Shown here in pieces: positions 12,482 through 25,495 of a stretch of DNA of 64,000 bases. Origin of the DNA: Antedon mediterranea (Eukaryota > Animalia > Echinodermata); contig NC_092673.1 of the NCBI RefSeq assembly GCF_964355755.1, positions 27,339,648 to 27,403,647 of the forward strand, in the 5' to 3' direction. The first letter of the stretch is position 1; each line of letters opens with the position of its first letter. Under the pieces are notes generated by a model. The model was given only the letters and a program-made list of their open reading frames with translations, had not been told where the DNA came from and did no database searches. The position numbers and the translations under genes are program-made.

Positions 12482-12685
12482 GATCTAGCAACAGGATACT
12501 GAACTCAGGAGATCAAAGGGTTTATCTGTGGCTGCGACACGATCAGTTCTACGCACCTAATTTACACAGTGTGCCGCGGAGCATATGTACATAGTACAGT
12601 ACTGTTGGTATTTGTTGCAGCCAGACATAAGATCAAAGGACTGTTACGAGTTGGCAAGACCAGCTCAGTGTCCTGTTGGGTTGAC
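12482..12685. mobile_element. ~200-bp hairpin MITE; second copy at 44771-44982
   Basis: Arms caacaggatactgaactc / gctcagtgtcctgttg and atctgtggctgcgaca / tgttgcagccagacat are inverted repeats. Colinear similarity to 44771-44982. Confidence 0.75.
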
Positions 12686-12789
12686 TTTCATTCTACCAAC
12701 TGAGTTATATAATTTCAAAGTTTTGCACCTTCTCAGATCCGTTTTTCATAATTGGACAGCATAAAGAAATACAATAACAATACAAGGGC

Positions 12790-15700
12790 TTAAAACACCT
12801 CATAGTTTGTATCACCCTTCCCTTCTAAGAATGCCTCAAATGCGTCCATTTCTGGATCTCCAATATCGTCTTCAACAACGGGTGATTTCTTTTTCTTTTT
12901 TTTCTTCTCACCTGTTTCATCTGATTTGTCTTTTCTTCTTCTGTTTGGATCAGTGTCTTTTTTGCTTTCCTTGTCTTTACTCTTCTTGTGTTTGTGCTTC
13001 TTTACCTTACCATCATTCTGAAAGACAAGCATTAGTAGAATGAACTTTGACCTTTTAATCAACTTAAGCAGTGAAGTTAAACCATATCATCCTCTACAAA
13101 CAGCCTAGATCTTGTGATCCACTTTTGACTACTTACTTGCCAACTAGCTGAGTGGTCTATCTAAAATAAAGATCTTATTTCACATTGTAACGCACCTCAA
13201 GTAGCCCAATTATTAAAGATTGTACAACCCTCTATAAGTAGCCTAGTTAAAATCTTATTTATACCAATTCCAGGTACCCTAATTTCATTTTGTCACCCAC
13301 CAAAAGTAGCCTAATTCAAGATCTAGCATGCAATTATATTTTTCTATTTCTACTACTGTACATCCAACCAACATCAATGAATATTTACCTCCGAATTTGA
13401 TTTATCTTTTTTCCTTTCCTTGTCTTTACTTTTGTGTTTCTTCTTTCTTGTTGATGATGAGTTTGTACTAGTTGTATCAGCATCACTGTTGCTATTATCT
13501 ATCACATCATTTTCCAATTTGGACTCTTTTACACTTGCTAAAATATCAAATTCATCACTTATTTCCCGGTTTAACTTTTCTGTTGATGAAATGAGGGGAG
13601 TGTGAAAAAGATGAGGATGATAATAGAATGAATGGGTAGAAATGAAACCATCTGAAAAAAAAATCAGGCTGAAGACTTCTGTGGCAGTTATTTGAAGTAG
13701 TGGCACTGTGGCTTAGTGCTTGATATGCTTGCTTACCATTTCTAACGTCCTCGGTTTAAATCAAATTTCAGGATTTTTCAAACAGCCAATAAAACAACCC
13801 TCTAAGGATTAAGGGTTACTTGGGTTTTGTGCCTGTAATTAGCCAGTCATGTATTTAAGGTTGGATGGTGTGAAAATGAAAAAAATATACCAACTCTTTG
13901 ATGATTACATGTTTTTAATTCTTCCAGTTATTAAAGATGTATTGTCCCCCTGAAAAAATAATTCTCAAAAAATGTTTGAATATGCCATTTTAATGTAACA
14001 TAATAGTTATCCACTTTGACCAAAAATTGGATCGAACAAAAATTTAAAGCAAAAGATGGTCAAATTGGCTGCCAGCCAATGGGTTTTGGTTGAATTTAAC
14101 CATTTATTTTTAAGTGAAAACATTATTTTTTTCCCATTTTTTCTACAGAAGTGATTAACTTGATTAAAACTACAAAATAACATATTCAAAGTCTGATTTA
14201 ATTAATCTTCATTTTTCATGTTTTTGGAGGACAATACATCCTTACATTGCTGAGTCTAATTTCCAAGCATGTAATTTTCAAACCTTTTTCAGTATAAACA
14301 GTAGTTAGGTCGGTATAGTGCAGAATAGAACGGCGGTGCTTGGTTCTATTCCTGAAACAAGAGTAAACTAAAAGGTATGAGTAATGCAGCATTGAACTGT
14401 ATCAACAACCTACTTACTGGTTTTGTTATTCTTTGTACCAACACTCTCAAGGAAGTCCAGATCATCAAGATCTAAGCTGATAACTGGTGTCGGAGATGCC
14501 ACTGGTTCCTGATCAGTACTGGATGTTCGACTTTTCTGAACTGCCTGAAAGAAAAAGGGTTAAATTTGATTTAAAATTAAATGGTTAACTACATGAATAG
14601 TTAAAACCCTTTCTCTTGGGACACCCCCATTAAGGGGACACTTTACATGAAAAGAACAAGGTGCAATATATATTCTAACAATATGCCCAAGCCCCAACTA
14701 CAGTTGAACCCATATTAATAGAGGTTTCTCCTTAATAAATGTGTTAATAGGGGTCTAATGTAGCTAGTTAATATTTCAAGAGATAACATAATAGTATTGG
14801 TACCTGCTCTGCATCACTATCTTCTTCATCACTACTTTCAACTGGAGGAGGCAGACTCTCCTGCTTAAAGATCCTTGTGTTCTTGCTGCCAAAGTCCGTC
14901 AGCTGTATGCTAGAAGAAGGGTTCTTCACCTCCACACCAAATTCTTTGATGTCAATATCAACATCTTGAGCAACAACTGGTGAGTCATCCTCTGAGCTAG
15001 AGAGTTCTATATCTTTGCTGGTGATGGCAGTCTTTGAAGGTTTCTTTGTTTCTGGTTCACTGTCGCTGGTTGGCAGTACGGTGGGTGAGGTCAGAGTGTT
15101 GGCGTTGGATGCAGATGAGAATGTGAGGTTCATCTCATCGTCTGAATCAATCTCTTCTTGATATCCTGCCACCATTGGGTTACCATCGGCTTCATCACTT
15201 TGCAAATTAAAACTAATTGTTAATTGTTTTTCTAAAGTTTTAACTACCATTCATAGTTGCAAAAAGAGAATTAATGTGATAATGGTTTAATTAAAAACAT
15301 ATTCAATGCACTTCTACAATCCAACCTTCACCAACATTGGTGCAAATTGATTTTTTGGTGTGTTTGTAGAAGATGTCTGGTAAATTTTGTTGTATGTATT
15401 TTATATGGATGTCCTATCCGAAATAAAGGAAATGAATGAATGTCTATGTGTACAGAGACTGTAGAAAGACACAATAAAATATAAAAAAAGTGCATAGAAA
15501 AGACAGTAGGGACTGGGCACCTAAACTTTTGAAGATTGCAATGCAAAAGATACACAATTTCTAGGCCCTGGGCCTGTCTTATTTCAAAACCCTTTAACCC
15601 CACTGATTACCGCAGCACTGCAGCTATGGGAATACACCTTTCTTACCTATCACTGTCATATTTTTGTTCTTTTATTGCAGTTTTCTTGAGTTTCTTTGAT

Positions 15701-18700
15701 GCTTTATCCACATCTTTCCAGAATTCATTATTGGCGCTGTCGTCAGGGACAAAGTCATCCACATTGCTGACGACCCCCTTGGAAGAAGTGGGTATCGTTA
15801 GAGGAGGAACCTCAGTTTCTGTATAAAAAATAACAAAGTTTATGAATATATGAATAAATAAAATTAACCATCCCCATTTTTCACAACAAATGAAAAATTA
15901 ACAAGATGAATTTGATGTCCAATCTTATTTCCCAGCCCTGAGTTGACTACCTCAGAGGACTTCAGCTTTGATCCAGTTATGTGTTAGCCACTAGTGTAAC
16001 TTAGTGTTCCGATGATAGTGTACTTAGTGTTCCAATGATAGTGTAACTTAGTGTTCTGATGATAGTGAAACTTAGTGTTCCGATGATAGTGTAACTTAGT
16101 ATTCTGATGATAGTGAAACTTAGTGTTCCGATGATAGTGTAACTTAGTGTTCCAATGATAGTGTAACTTAGTGTTCCGATGACAGCGTAACTTAGTGTTC
16201 CGATGATAGTATAACTTAGTGTTCTAAAAACTCATGACCTACCTGATGGTTCGCTTTTTGTTGACTTCTTACTACTGAAAAACTTGCCAAATCTTGATGA
16301 TATCGAAGTTTGGGCGACAACAGCTGGTGGAGGCGATTGTGTTGATTGTTCAGGCAGTGGGGATTCGTTTGTTTGTGAATTCTTTCGTTGAATATTCGGT
16401 GAATTTGACGGCGTAGTTCTTTGTGGAGTTGTTGCTGGGGAAGGTTGATTTGGAGTACTGATTGGAGAACTTTGTGAACTTGGTGAACTTGTTTCTAAAT
16501 GATGTGAAAAAACATTGCTGTATTGTACCTATTTGAGTTACTGTTGGCCAGAAAATTAGTAAAGTGGTGGTCCATAGCCTCCTAAGCTCTGTCTACATTA
16601 TAAAACTTTATGTGACAACAAAAATTGTGATATGGACATGATGATGCCATATCACTACTTTATTTGGGCATATCACTACCATATTTGGGCACATCGCACC
16701 CTTTTTTCAAACTAGACCTTTATAAAGAAAAACTATTATTTCAATGTATGCAGACTGGGGAAAAAGTTTTTCAATTATGTATAATAAACCTATTGTATAT
16801 TATACAGGAAATAAACTTAAGCTCTGTCTACACTATTAAACTAGTTTGAACAAATAAGTGTAATGTGCCCAAATATGGTAGTGGTATGACATCATCATGT
16901 CCATATATGGGCACATCACATTTTTTTGTCACATAAGTTTGATAGTGTAGACAGAGCTTTATATAAACAAAATTCAATATTTATGATAAGAAACAATTAT
17001 CGTACCTAATGTTATTTGAGGCGTTCCATTGGTTAAAATTTCTGTTTTCTTATTTTGTCGCTGTTTTCTCCTTGTTTCTAATGTTTCTAAATATCTAGTA
17101 CAAATAAAAATTTATTTATTGAACAATTTTCAGAATAATATAAGAATTTTTTTTTGACAATTATATTTACTATAGTCAAACAGAATAATTGTTTAGTAGT
17201 CACTAAAAAACTTACAAATTATAATTTTGATCTTCTGATTCCAGACGCATATTTAATTCTTGTAACGTGGCGTCTGCTTCTAATTGGTTAGTTTCTAGTT
17301 GCCGTAGTAATGTTTCACGCTATGAGAATAAATTATAAAACAGTTAATCATTGGATAAAATACCTATAAAACACCTACAGCTCTGTCCACACTATCAAAC
17401 TAGATTGACAAAAAAAGTGTAATGTGCCCAAATATGGTCACATGGACATATATGGGCTATAACATTTTTTTGTCACATAAAGTTTGATAGTGTAGACAGA
17501 GCTTTAAAGACCTATAAACATTTCTATAAAACATTGATATAATAATAAACTTGAAACTGAATCAAGTTTAACTTACCTGTAGCTGTAAGAATGGCACATT
17601 AAAAAATGTATGGAGGTATTTAAGACCGAACCCATTCTTCATGGAAGACTCTGCATAGCGCACATGTGCAGAACCAGGTGGCCTGCTCAGAAAAAAACAC
17701 ACAAGAATTGTTTTCATTATTATTGCCAGTGATATTTAAATTATATTTATGGAATATTATGACATCAATAATTTATCTTGTGACTTTGAAATGTACTGGT
17801 ATCTAAGATCACTAAAATGTAAACATATTCCAAACAGTGTTTTATAGTGATGGTCATTAGTAAGTCTAATGGCTCATTAGTACAGTATGTAAACCACATT
17901 ATTATACTCAGTTCCCACCCTGTGTAAACAAATTAATAACAATTCTTTCAACATTATTATAAATATTTGTTTGTTTAATATAAAATATTCAATATTTGTT
18001 TATATTTTCATTTTTGCTGTGTTTTATGATGAAGTTAAAAACTTCATCTCGCATTATATTCCTGCCTCACTAACGATAACATTAACAGCAATTCAAAGTT
18101 TAACATTTTATTTTATAAAAATATTTGAAACTACTTATACAATATACACATGGTTTCAGAATGATTATCATAAATTATTTAAATTTCCCTAGTGTTAAAA
18201 TGTAGGAAACAAAAAGACTGATTTTCATTTTAAATGAGGACAAATTGGAATGTTCAATTTAACCTTATTTTTATCATTTTGCCCGGTAACAGTTGTGAAA
18301 AAGCTTCAAATTCGTATTCCATGTGTGAAGTACATAATCATGTACTGTAACATGACATCATAATAGCAATATTTTATGAATAATAATAAAATGAAAGAAA
18401 TTTGCTACCTTTCAAATTCCTCTACAAATGTGCTGATGTGGTCCTCCAAGACCGTGCGGTGTTCGGACATATCACGGAAATTGGCAAGAACCACAACCGG
18501 GATGTGATTTGGAATCTTAGGAAGCTCTCGCTCTATGTAACTAAACGTCCTGGAAAAGACAAACAAAAAAATGTGGCATGAACATCACAAAATACCTAAC
18601 ATTAACACAAAGTAGAAAGATTTAAATTTAGCACCAATACTAAAGCTCTGTTCACACTATCAAACTTTGTGACAACAAAATGTGATGTGCCCATATATGT

Positions 18701-21700
18701 ACATCATGATGTCATATCACTACCTTATTTGGGTATATCACAACCTCTTTGGGAACATCACAATTTTTTGTCAAACTAGGTTGATAGTGCAGACAGAGCT
18801 TAAGACTGTGATGCAAGTTGAAATGCATGTGTTTATGATACAGAGTCCAAAGTTTATCACGTCTTGGACTTGAATCAACCGAATTTGGTTGACAAAAAAA
18901 TTTCAAACTAAACCCAAACATAAGCATACAATAAATTAACATAGTTTCTAGTTAAATATGCCAATTAAATGTCACATAATATTTATTCAGTTTGACTAAA
19001 ACCTGGATAAAAAAAAAATCCTGAAAAAATTTTAATTTAAAGCAAAATATTCAAAGTCTGATTTTATTAATCTTTATATTTCAGGTTTTTGGGGGACAAT
19101 ACATCTTTAAATACCCACCAATGTTTTGTAATATCCATTAGCATGACAACACCATTAGTTCCCTTGTAGACATCTAAGAACTCCGCATCTAAGCATGGTT
19201 CATCTGGTGCTTCCTCAACATCATCATTGGAGATCTTTAACATGTCATTTACCTTCTTACTACGCCCTTTATCAACTACGTCCCATACCTCGACTTTGAC
19301 GACATCATCCGTAGCTAAACGCACAAGAAATTGTTATAAAATCTTTAAAAATTATATAAAAGTTTCTGCAGCAGATGAACCTCAATTACAAATATGTCTT
19401 TAGTTTCAAGATTTGTATTTTTCATTGTTTTCACCTTGAGCAAAATCTTATCTTTTCATCAACATAGATGAGATAAAGACTGCGTGAGAAAGGATGAGAG
19501 GAAGAGTAAAATACACAAGAAATTGTAATAAAATAATCTAAAAATATTATGACAGTTTTTGCAGCAGATGAACCTTTTTAGTTTCAAGGTTTGTATTTTT
19601 CATGGTGTGGTTTCATGGTGTGGATATGTACGCTTTATAAATCTTTTTACCATATCTTATTAACATGGATGAGAAAAAGAATGCTTGATAATAAGAAGGG
19701 TAAAGGATTGGAAGGAAATTGATAAGACAACAACACTTATTCTAAATGAATTACCTTATTTTAAAGACAAGTCCTTTATAATCGATTACACTTTTTTATA
19801 TTACAAAACAATAATCACCAAAAATAAATATGAAGGCAACTGGCTTATAAAGGTTAAATTTAAATAAAGATATATATAAAGTATATAGTATAAGAATGTA
19901 AGTACATAAAGACAATAAGCAACAGAAGAAAAGTGAAAGAAATGAATGATTGATATTTGGGTAGATACGATGTATTGGAAAAAACCAATAAATAAATAAT
20001 TTGAGCAAACAAATTTCACAATAAAATACATACAGAAAAACGGGATAATAAGTGTGAAATGTTTTATAGAAAATAAAAACAAAAGTGAAAAAGAATGAAA
20101 TAATTGGTATCTTGAAATTAAAAGAAAATAACAGCTTGTTGTGATTGAATGGAAATATGCATAGTTACCACCACATGTGATACCAAAGAAGTTAATATAA
20201 AGCTCTTATACCCTTAACAAACCAAAAATAAATACACTAGATGAAATAAAACTGAAATAATACACATAATAAAAACAACATATGTTTAATGGCAGGGTTC
20301 ATAATTCGACAAATCTGGATTTGAGATTCAGAAATTGCTAGTAGATTGTTCAAAATTGTTTGTTGGAAATGTTAAAAACTAGATAAGGACAAAAAATGGG
20401 CCTTTTTAGTCTAGCATAAGTACAGTATGGTAGGCTTGATTTAGCAATTTCTGAAAAGTTTTTTAAAATATTGCCTGTTAGTTAGTTGGGTTAGAGTACA
20501 GTATTAACAGATTTTTACTGTACATCTAGTAAAAAAAAAATGTCTAGCCTCTCAATTACTAATATTTGCATAAAGGAATTTGAATATATCTTTTCTTATA
20601 AAAATTAACCCATATTATAAATTTAATGAGCCAAGAACAATTAATATGCAGTGAAGATAGCTGTAGACCATGGCAGTGGCTGTGTACTTGTTGTCAAAGG
20701 AATTGATTAAAAAAAATTGGGGGGGGGGGGGATATTTATTTCCCACCTACTGTATCAAAATATGTGATGTTGTTAGAATTAGTTTGTTTATCAGAACAAT
20801 ATGAACCCTGCATCGAAGCCTAGCCATCAAAGCAAACATACACACGTCTCATTTAACAACATTCCTATTTTAAATTATGCAGTCAATTTTTTCAATATAA
20901 TACAATACATAAATAGCAGGAACTTAAATGTGTGATAAAGTTATTATGTTATCAGGTACTACACAGTAGGTACATACAGATTTACGCAACAAATAAAATA
21001 TAATTTGACAGGCAAGTTCCACAACGTTGATGCATTACCTTTAAAATCACGCTGGCTACCGCAAGCTTATGTTAGCATTTACAAATCAAGGAAGAATTAT
21101 TAAATAAATGTAGATGAAATTAATTACAATAATAATAATAATAAATGGTCTTTTATAGTCTTATATTGTTTTATTATTATGATGTTATCACGTATAATAC
21201 CAACAAAATGAGCATAAATATGACAAAAGGACATTTAATAACAATACAGACAGTCTTAAAATTAAAGATGTATTATCCTCCTGAAAAAATAATTTTAATG
21301 TTGCCTTATATAGAAATCCACTTTGACCAAAAATTGGATCAAATTATAAAATATATTATTTATATATATAAATAATAATAATAATGAGGAGAAAGGCTAT
21401 TGTCGGTTTATCCAGGTAAGCTAGGCACGAAATAGACAATGTATTTACTTAAATGAAAAACAGTAATTTAAAGCAAGAAATAACCATTTATTTTGTCATT
21501 TTGTAAGTAAAGTGAAAACATTAATTTTTTCCATTTTTAAAAACTACAAAATAATCTATTCAAAGTTTGATTTGATTAATCTTTATTTTTCATGTTTTTG
21601 GAGGGGCAATACATATACAATTAAATTAATTAATTAAATATAATTGTTTCTTATAAGTCAATGAGAACAGCTGAAGTCTCTGTTACTATTCATTAAAAGT

Positions 21701-22402
21701 AGTCGACAGTAGAACCCCTCCTTTGGGACACCCCCATTAAGGGGACACTTTCCTATGAAACAAACATCATCCTCATTTTGAAAGATGTATAAATACACAA
21801 CAAACTAATTTGAAAAAAAAGTGTGCCCAAATATGGTGGTGATATGCCCAAATATATTAATATGACATCATCATGTCCATATATGGGCATATCACATTTT
21901 TGACAGAGCCTTACAGCTCAACTTACCTTTGTAGTTCCATTGAATACTGCACACTTGAATCTCTTGGGTAGGAATGTATTCTTCTTTAAACTTATGACCT
22001 TGTAGCCGATGGAATAGCGTGGTCTTGCCAACATTTCTGTCGCCTTTGATAATTATTTTCACTGAAATGAAAATGAAATGTAATAAAATTGTTTTGAAAT
22101 TGTACCATTTTTGTTGTGCAATAACAAAACTGGATAGCAGATTTTAATGTGTGAACCAAACACATACAGTAAGCTACACACATACCATTAGTACCGTAAA
22201 ATCTGTTTTAATTTAGTATTGTGAATTTTTAAAACACATTGATTTTAGCATAAATGTTGAACTTACTGTTATATTGCACACCCTTGGCAAAGCGACGCTG
22301 AAGATTTTGCCCCATTGACTGAAATCCACCGGATGGGGACTTCCCCTTAGCCTCCGCTGCACCAGGCTCATTTGATATGATTTTTTTTAGTGCCGAGAAC
22401 AT
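12790..22402 (-). CDS. RABL6: Rab-like protein 6 (RBEL1/C9orf86), 13 coding exons
   Basis: Exons 22402-22267, 22061-21927, 19314-19119, 18549-18409, 17682-17577, 17319-17216, 17094-17006, 16494-16243, 15818-15647, 15197-14804, 14544-14418, 13651 (or 13579)-13389, 13017-12790. Reads [107 protein letters not shown] and a lysine-rich tail ending YEVF. Confidence 0.96.
13930..14243. mobile_element. TTAA-flanked MITE (Kolobok/piggyBac-like); partial relatives at ~6670-6860, 19030-19110, 21262-21615, 29560-29765, 48900-49100
   Basis: ttaa-AGATGTATTGTCCCCC at the left end and GGAGGACAATACATCC-tta at the right. Internal segments recur at the listed loci. Confidence 0.7.
15992..16224. repeat. 24-bp minisatellite, about 9.5 copies, RABL6 intron
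   Basis: Unit gatagtgtaacttagtgttccgat. Confidence 0.92.
16820..16958. mobile_element. Harbinger-type MITE (family H), intact reference copy
   Basis: TIR AGCTCTGTCTACACTA..TAGTGTAGACAGAGCT with TTA target duplication on both sides. Further copies at ~16585-16720, 17380-17503, 18645-18800, 21800-21911, 27875-28211, 29951-30137, 31347-31484, 31950-32092, 41085-41210, 42824-42951, 43243-43453, 44112-44271, 50865-50947, 54799-55080, 56998-57600 (split) and 63676-63822. Confidence 0.9.
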
Positions 22403-23259
22403 CTTGAATCTTTAGCTAAACCGAATAACTACCTTGGTTTTCATTACTACTACACAGACACAACAAAGTACCTGTACAAAGGAAAATATTAATAGTGTTA
22501 ATAAATTTTCATTTATAATATTAAAGATACAAAATAAAAAATAACTCTTATTTAGTATATTTTTATGCAAAATATATATTTAGGAGGTAAGCTGTGTTTT
22601 CTATATTTTGTTTTCTTATTGGTCCAATGGAAATTCATTTTGTTTGGCATAATTAAGACAAAAGTTTAAAACGAAAAGAAAAATACATCAAATTGCACAA
22701 ACGCTATATTGTACCGGTAATTAATAGTATAGGCCAATGTTAAAATTTTTTGATGGGTTTATGGGTAAAAAAAGTAAATAAATGAATTGTTATTTAATAT
22801 TGCATTAAAGACACCTTCCCTACGTTTTTTAGATCTATTTTAAGATCACAAACTATATTTAATGTAAAAATAATACTATATGGTCCTATTGCGATAACTT
22901 TTTTTGTCTTTAAATTGTTAAAAATGTGAAAAATAAGTCGATTCTAATAATTATAGCGGCCCCCATTAACACAACACAAACAACAACAATTTAATAGATA
23001 GGACAACCTGTTTCCATCAATACTACCTAGGCCTACTAGTGAAATAATGTATGTTAGGTCTATCATTGGCTAGGCTAGGCCTATATGTGCTGTAGATAGT
23101 ACTGTCAATCGACAACTTCCAACACCATAATAGATGGGTCGGAAAAGCTCAAAGTCTACCGTAAATGATAGAGGGCCTAGCCTAGCTAGCTAGGTAGGCT
23201 AGCTTACATTTAGACACAAATATTTAACAAGCACTAGATAATAAATAATACTTCGTATC

Positions 23260-23900
23260 ATTACCTCAGGTAAATTGACAGTGCTGCTTCCCGTTTAAGT
23301 GATGACAAGAACAAATTTTAAATTAATTTGGTAAATTGTCATCGATTTTTTCTGACAATTTGGCTGCTAAATTTCGATCCAATCGCCGGATAGCATACAA
23401 TTCGTGGCAGCCACCAAAGTAAATACGCTATAAAAAATAGGTTTATAAAATCCAAATTGAATCATTAATTCTTAAAAATAGGAGGATATGCAATAAACCA
23501 TTGACTATTTTAAATATTATGTTCACTAAATTTTTTGAAAAATAATAGGTTGCATATTTCTACAAATGTTTAACACATTTCAGAATTTCTCGGATGAATA
23601 CGTACTGATTAGAAATGTTAAAAGTCCAACATGTCAGCCCCCATGGTATTTCTTTTTATTAACGCCCTCAATCTTTGATTACGAAGTTAATTAATTTATG
23701 CCCAATAGGCTGCGCTGTCATGCTCATACATATTCATAAATGAATACCTAATAAGCCAGCTAAGGTCATGTTCACATAAAACGTACTTAGCTCGCACTTG
23801 GTGTGTATTTTAATTCTGAAGAGAAGCTGATCGAAAGATTGTGCTCATTTGCAGTAATTTTCAGAATCTGACATTATACAGTACAAATTAAGGTAAGCAT
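23260..23900. promoter_or_regulatory. Putative bidirectional promoter and non-coding first exons of RABL6 (-) and SPACA9 (+)
   Basis: Outward-facing splice donors: minus-strand GAG|GTAATG at ~23264 and plus-strand AAG|GTAAGC at ~23892. Both start codons are preceded by acceptors (~22473 and ~25450/25487). TSS positions are inferred. Confidence 0.55.
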
Positions 23901-24574
23901 CGTTAATTTCCAAATTAAAAACAAAACTTACTATACGTCTATTTAATGTTTTTTAAACGACTTAAAAAAAATCAGTTTGCAATACCGTCCGTCGTTCGTC
24001 ATTTGTTGTGTCACGTTGCGCCGGACTCAAAAAACTACACACTTAGCAACAAATATTTAATATAGAATTGACATTTACAAATTAAATATAAAAAGATTTG
24101 AAATATAGCTATGCTGTATATTTTAAGTAAATTTAATTTCTAAATCTTAAAATATAAAATCAACAAGGCATTGTTTACTTCCGGTTAGCAACCGTTTGTT
24201 TACATGTGTTTCTTCCGCTTGACTGATCACATGCTGTAATATTAACTTGTTCCATTATATTAGCTAAATACAATGTGTCAGAAAACACAACAGTCAATCG
24301 ATGGTATATCATTTTTCACAATTACCTTTTGATATAAATTTGTAATTGAAAAGAAATTTAAATTAAGTAATTTGTAATTATATCTTCAGCCACTGTATAG
24401 ATAATGTAAAATATATTATACAGAAAACTGTTATTAAATGTTGATGTACAATTTTATTATATTTAAATATTTCTTCTAACTTTAAATGTGTGTGCAATTA
24501 ATAAATAGAAATAACAACAGGAAAATAATAATAATATAATTAATTAATTCCAAAGGCAACCTACTCTAAACAAA

Positions 24575-25298
24575 ATGACAGTGGCTGATCTGAATGGAGA
24601 TACAAAATAAAATAAGCCTTGAAAAAATGACAATGCTGTGGGTATCAGTGGCTGGATCTCAATGAAGATACAAAATAAAATAAGCCTTGAAAAAATGACG
24701 ATGCTGTGGGTATCAGTGGCTGGATCTCAATATGGAGATACAAATAAATAAGCACTGAAAAAATGACAATGCTGTGGGTATCAGTGGCTGGATCTCAATG
24801 GAGATACAAAATAAAATAAGCCTTGAAAAAATGACAATGCTGTGGGTATCAGTGGCTGGATCTCAATGGAGATACAAAATAAAATAAGCCTTGAAAAAAT
24901 GACAAAATGCTGTGGGTATCAGTGGCTGGATCTCAATATGGAGATACAAAATAAATAAGCACTGAAAAAATGACAATGCTGTGGGTATCAGTGGCTGGAT
25001 CTCAATATGGAGATACAAATAAATAAGCACTGAAAAAATGGCAATGGTGTGGGTATCAGTGGCTGGATCTCAATGGAGATACAAAATAAAATAAGCCTTG
25101 AAAAAATGACAAAATGCTGTGGGTATCAGTGGCTGGATCTCAATATGGAGATACAAATAAATAAGCACTGAAAAAATGACAATGCTGTGGGTATCAGTGG
25201 CTGGATCTCAATATGGAGATACAAATAAATAAGCACTGAAAAAATGGCAATGGTGTGCATATCAGTGGCTGGATCTCAATGAAGATACAAATAAATAA
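24575..25298. repeat. ~60-bp minisatellite, about 12 copies, upstream of the SPACA9 start codon
   Basis: Unit aatgctgtgggtatcagtggctggatctcaat(at)ggagatacaaa(a)taaa(a)taagc(ct/ac)tgaaaaaatgac in two interleaved variants. Confidence 0.93.
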
Positions 25299-25495
25299 AC
25301 AAAAAGCTAAATCAAAACGATACAGCCAGAAAGAAACGCTATTGAATGTTAGGGCTAAAAGAAATAATTAAAAAAAATACTGTATTCATTTTTATGATTG
25401 CTATTATATACATGATATCATATCAATAATATTTTTGTTCTTGTTTTTAGAAATAAAAATAAAATTATTACCGGTATTGCATTTAGATTTTTAAA

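Noticed and set aside
12807-13043. Plus-strand ORFs antisense to RABL6 exons (also 13420-13605 and 15536-15826)
   Set aside because: Shadow frames of lysine/serine-rich RABL6 coding sequence.
20169-20204. Second possible RABL6 cassette exon (36 nt, [12 protein letters not shown], donor GTG|GTAACT)
   Set aside because: In frame, but the acceptor is purine-rich with competing AGs, the donor is weak and the composition is intron-like.
24575-25298. Possible CRISPR array or repetitive coding exon
   Set aside because: Whole units repeat with no unique spacers, and variable unit lengths break any reading frame.
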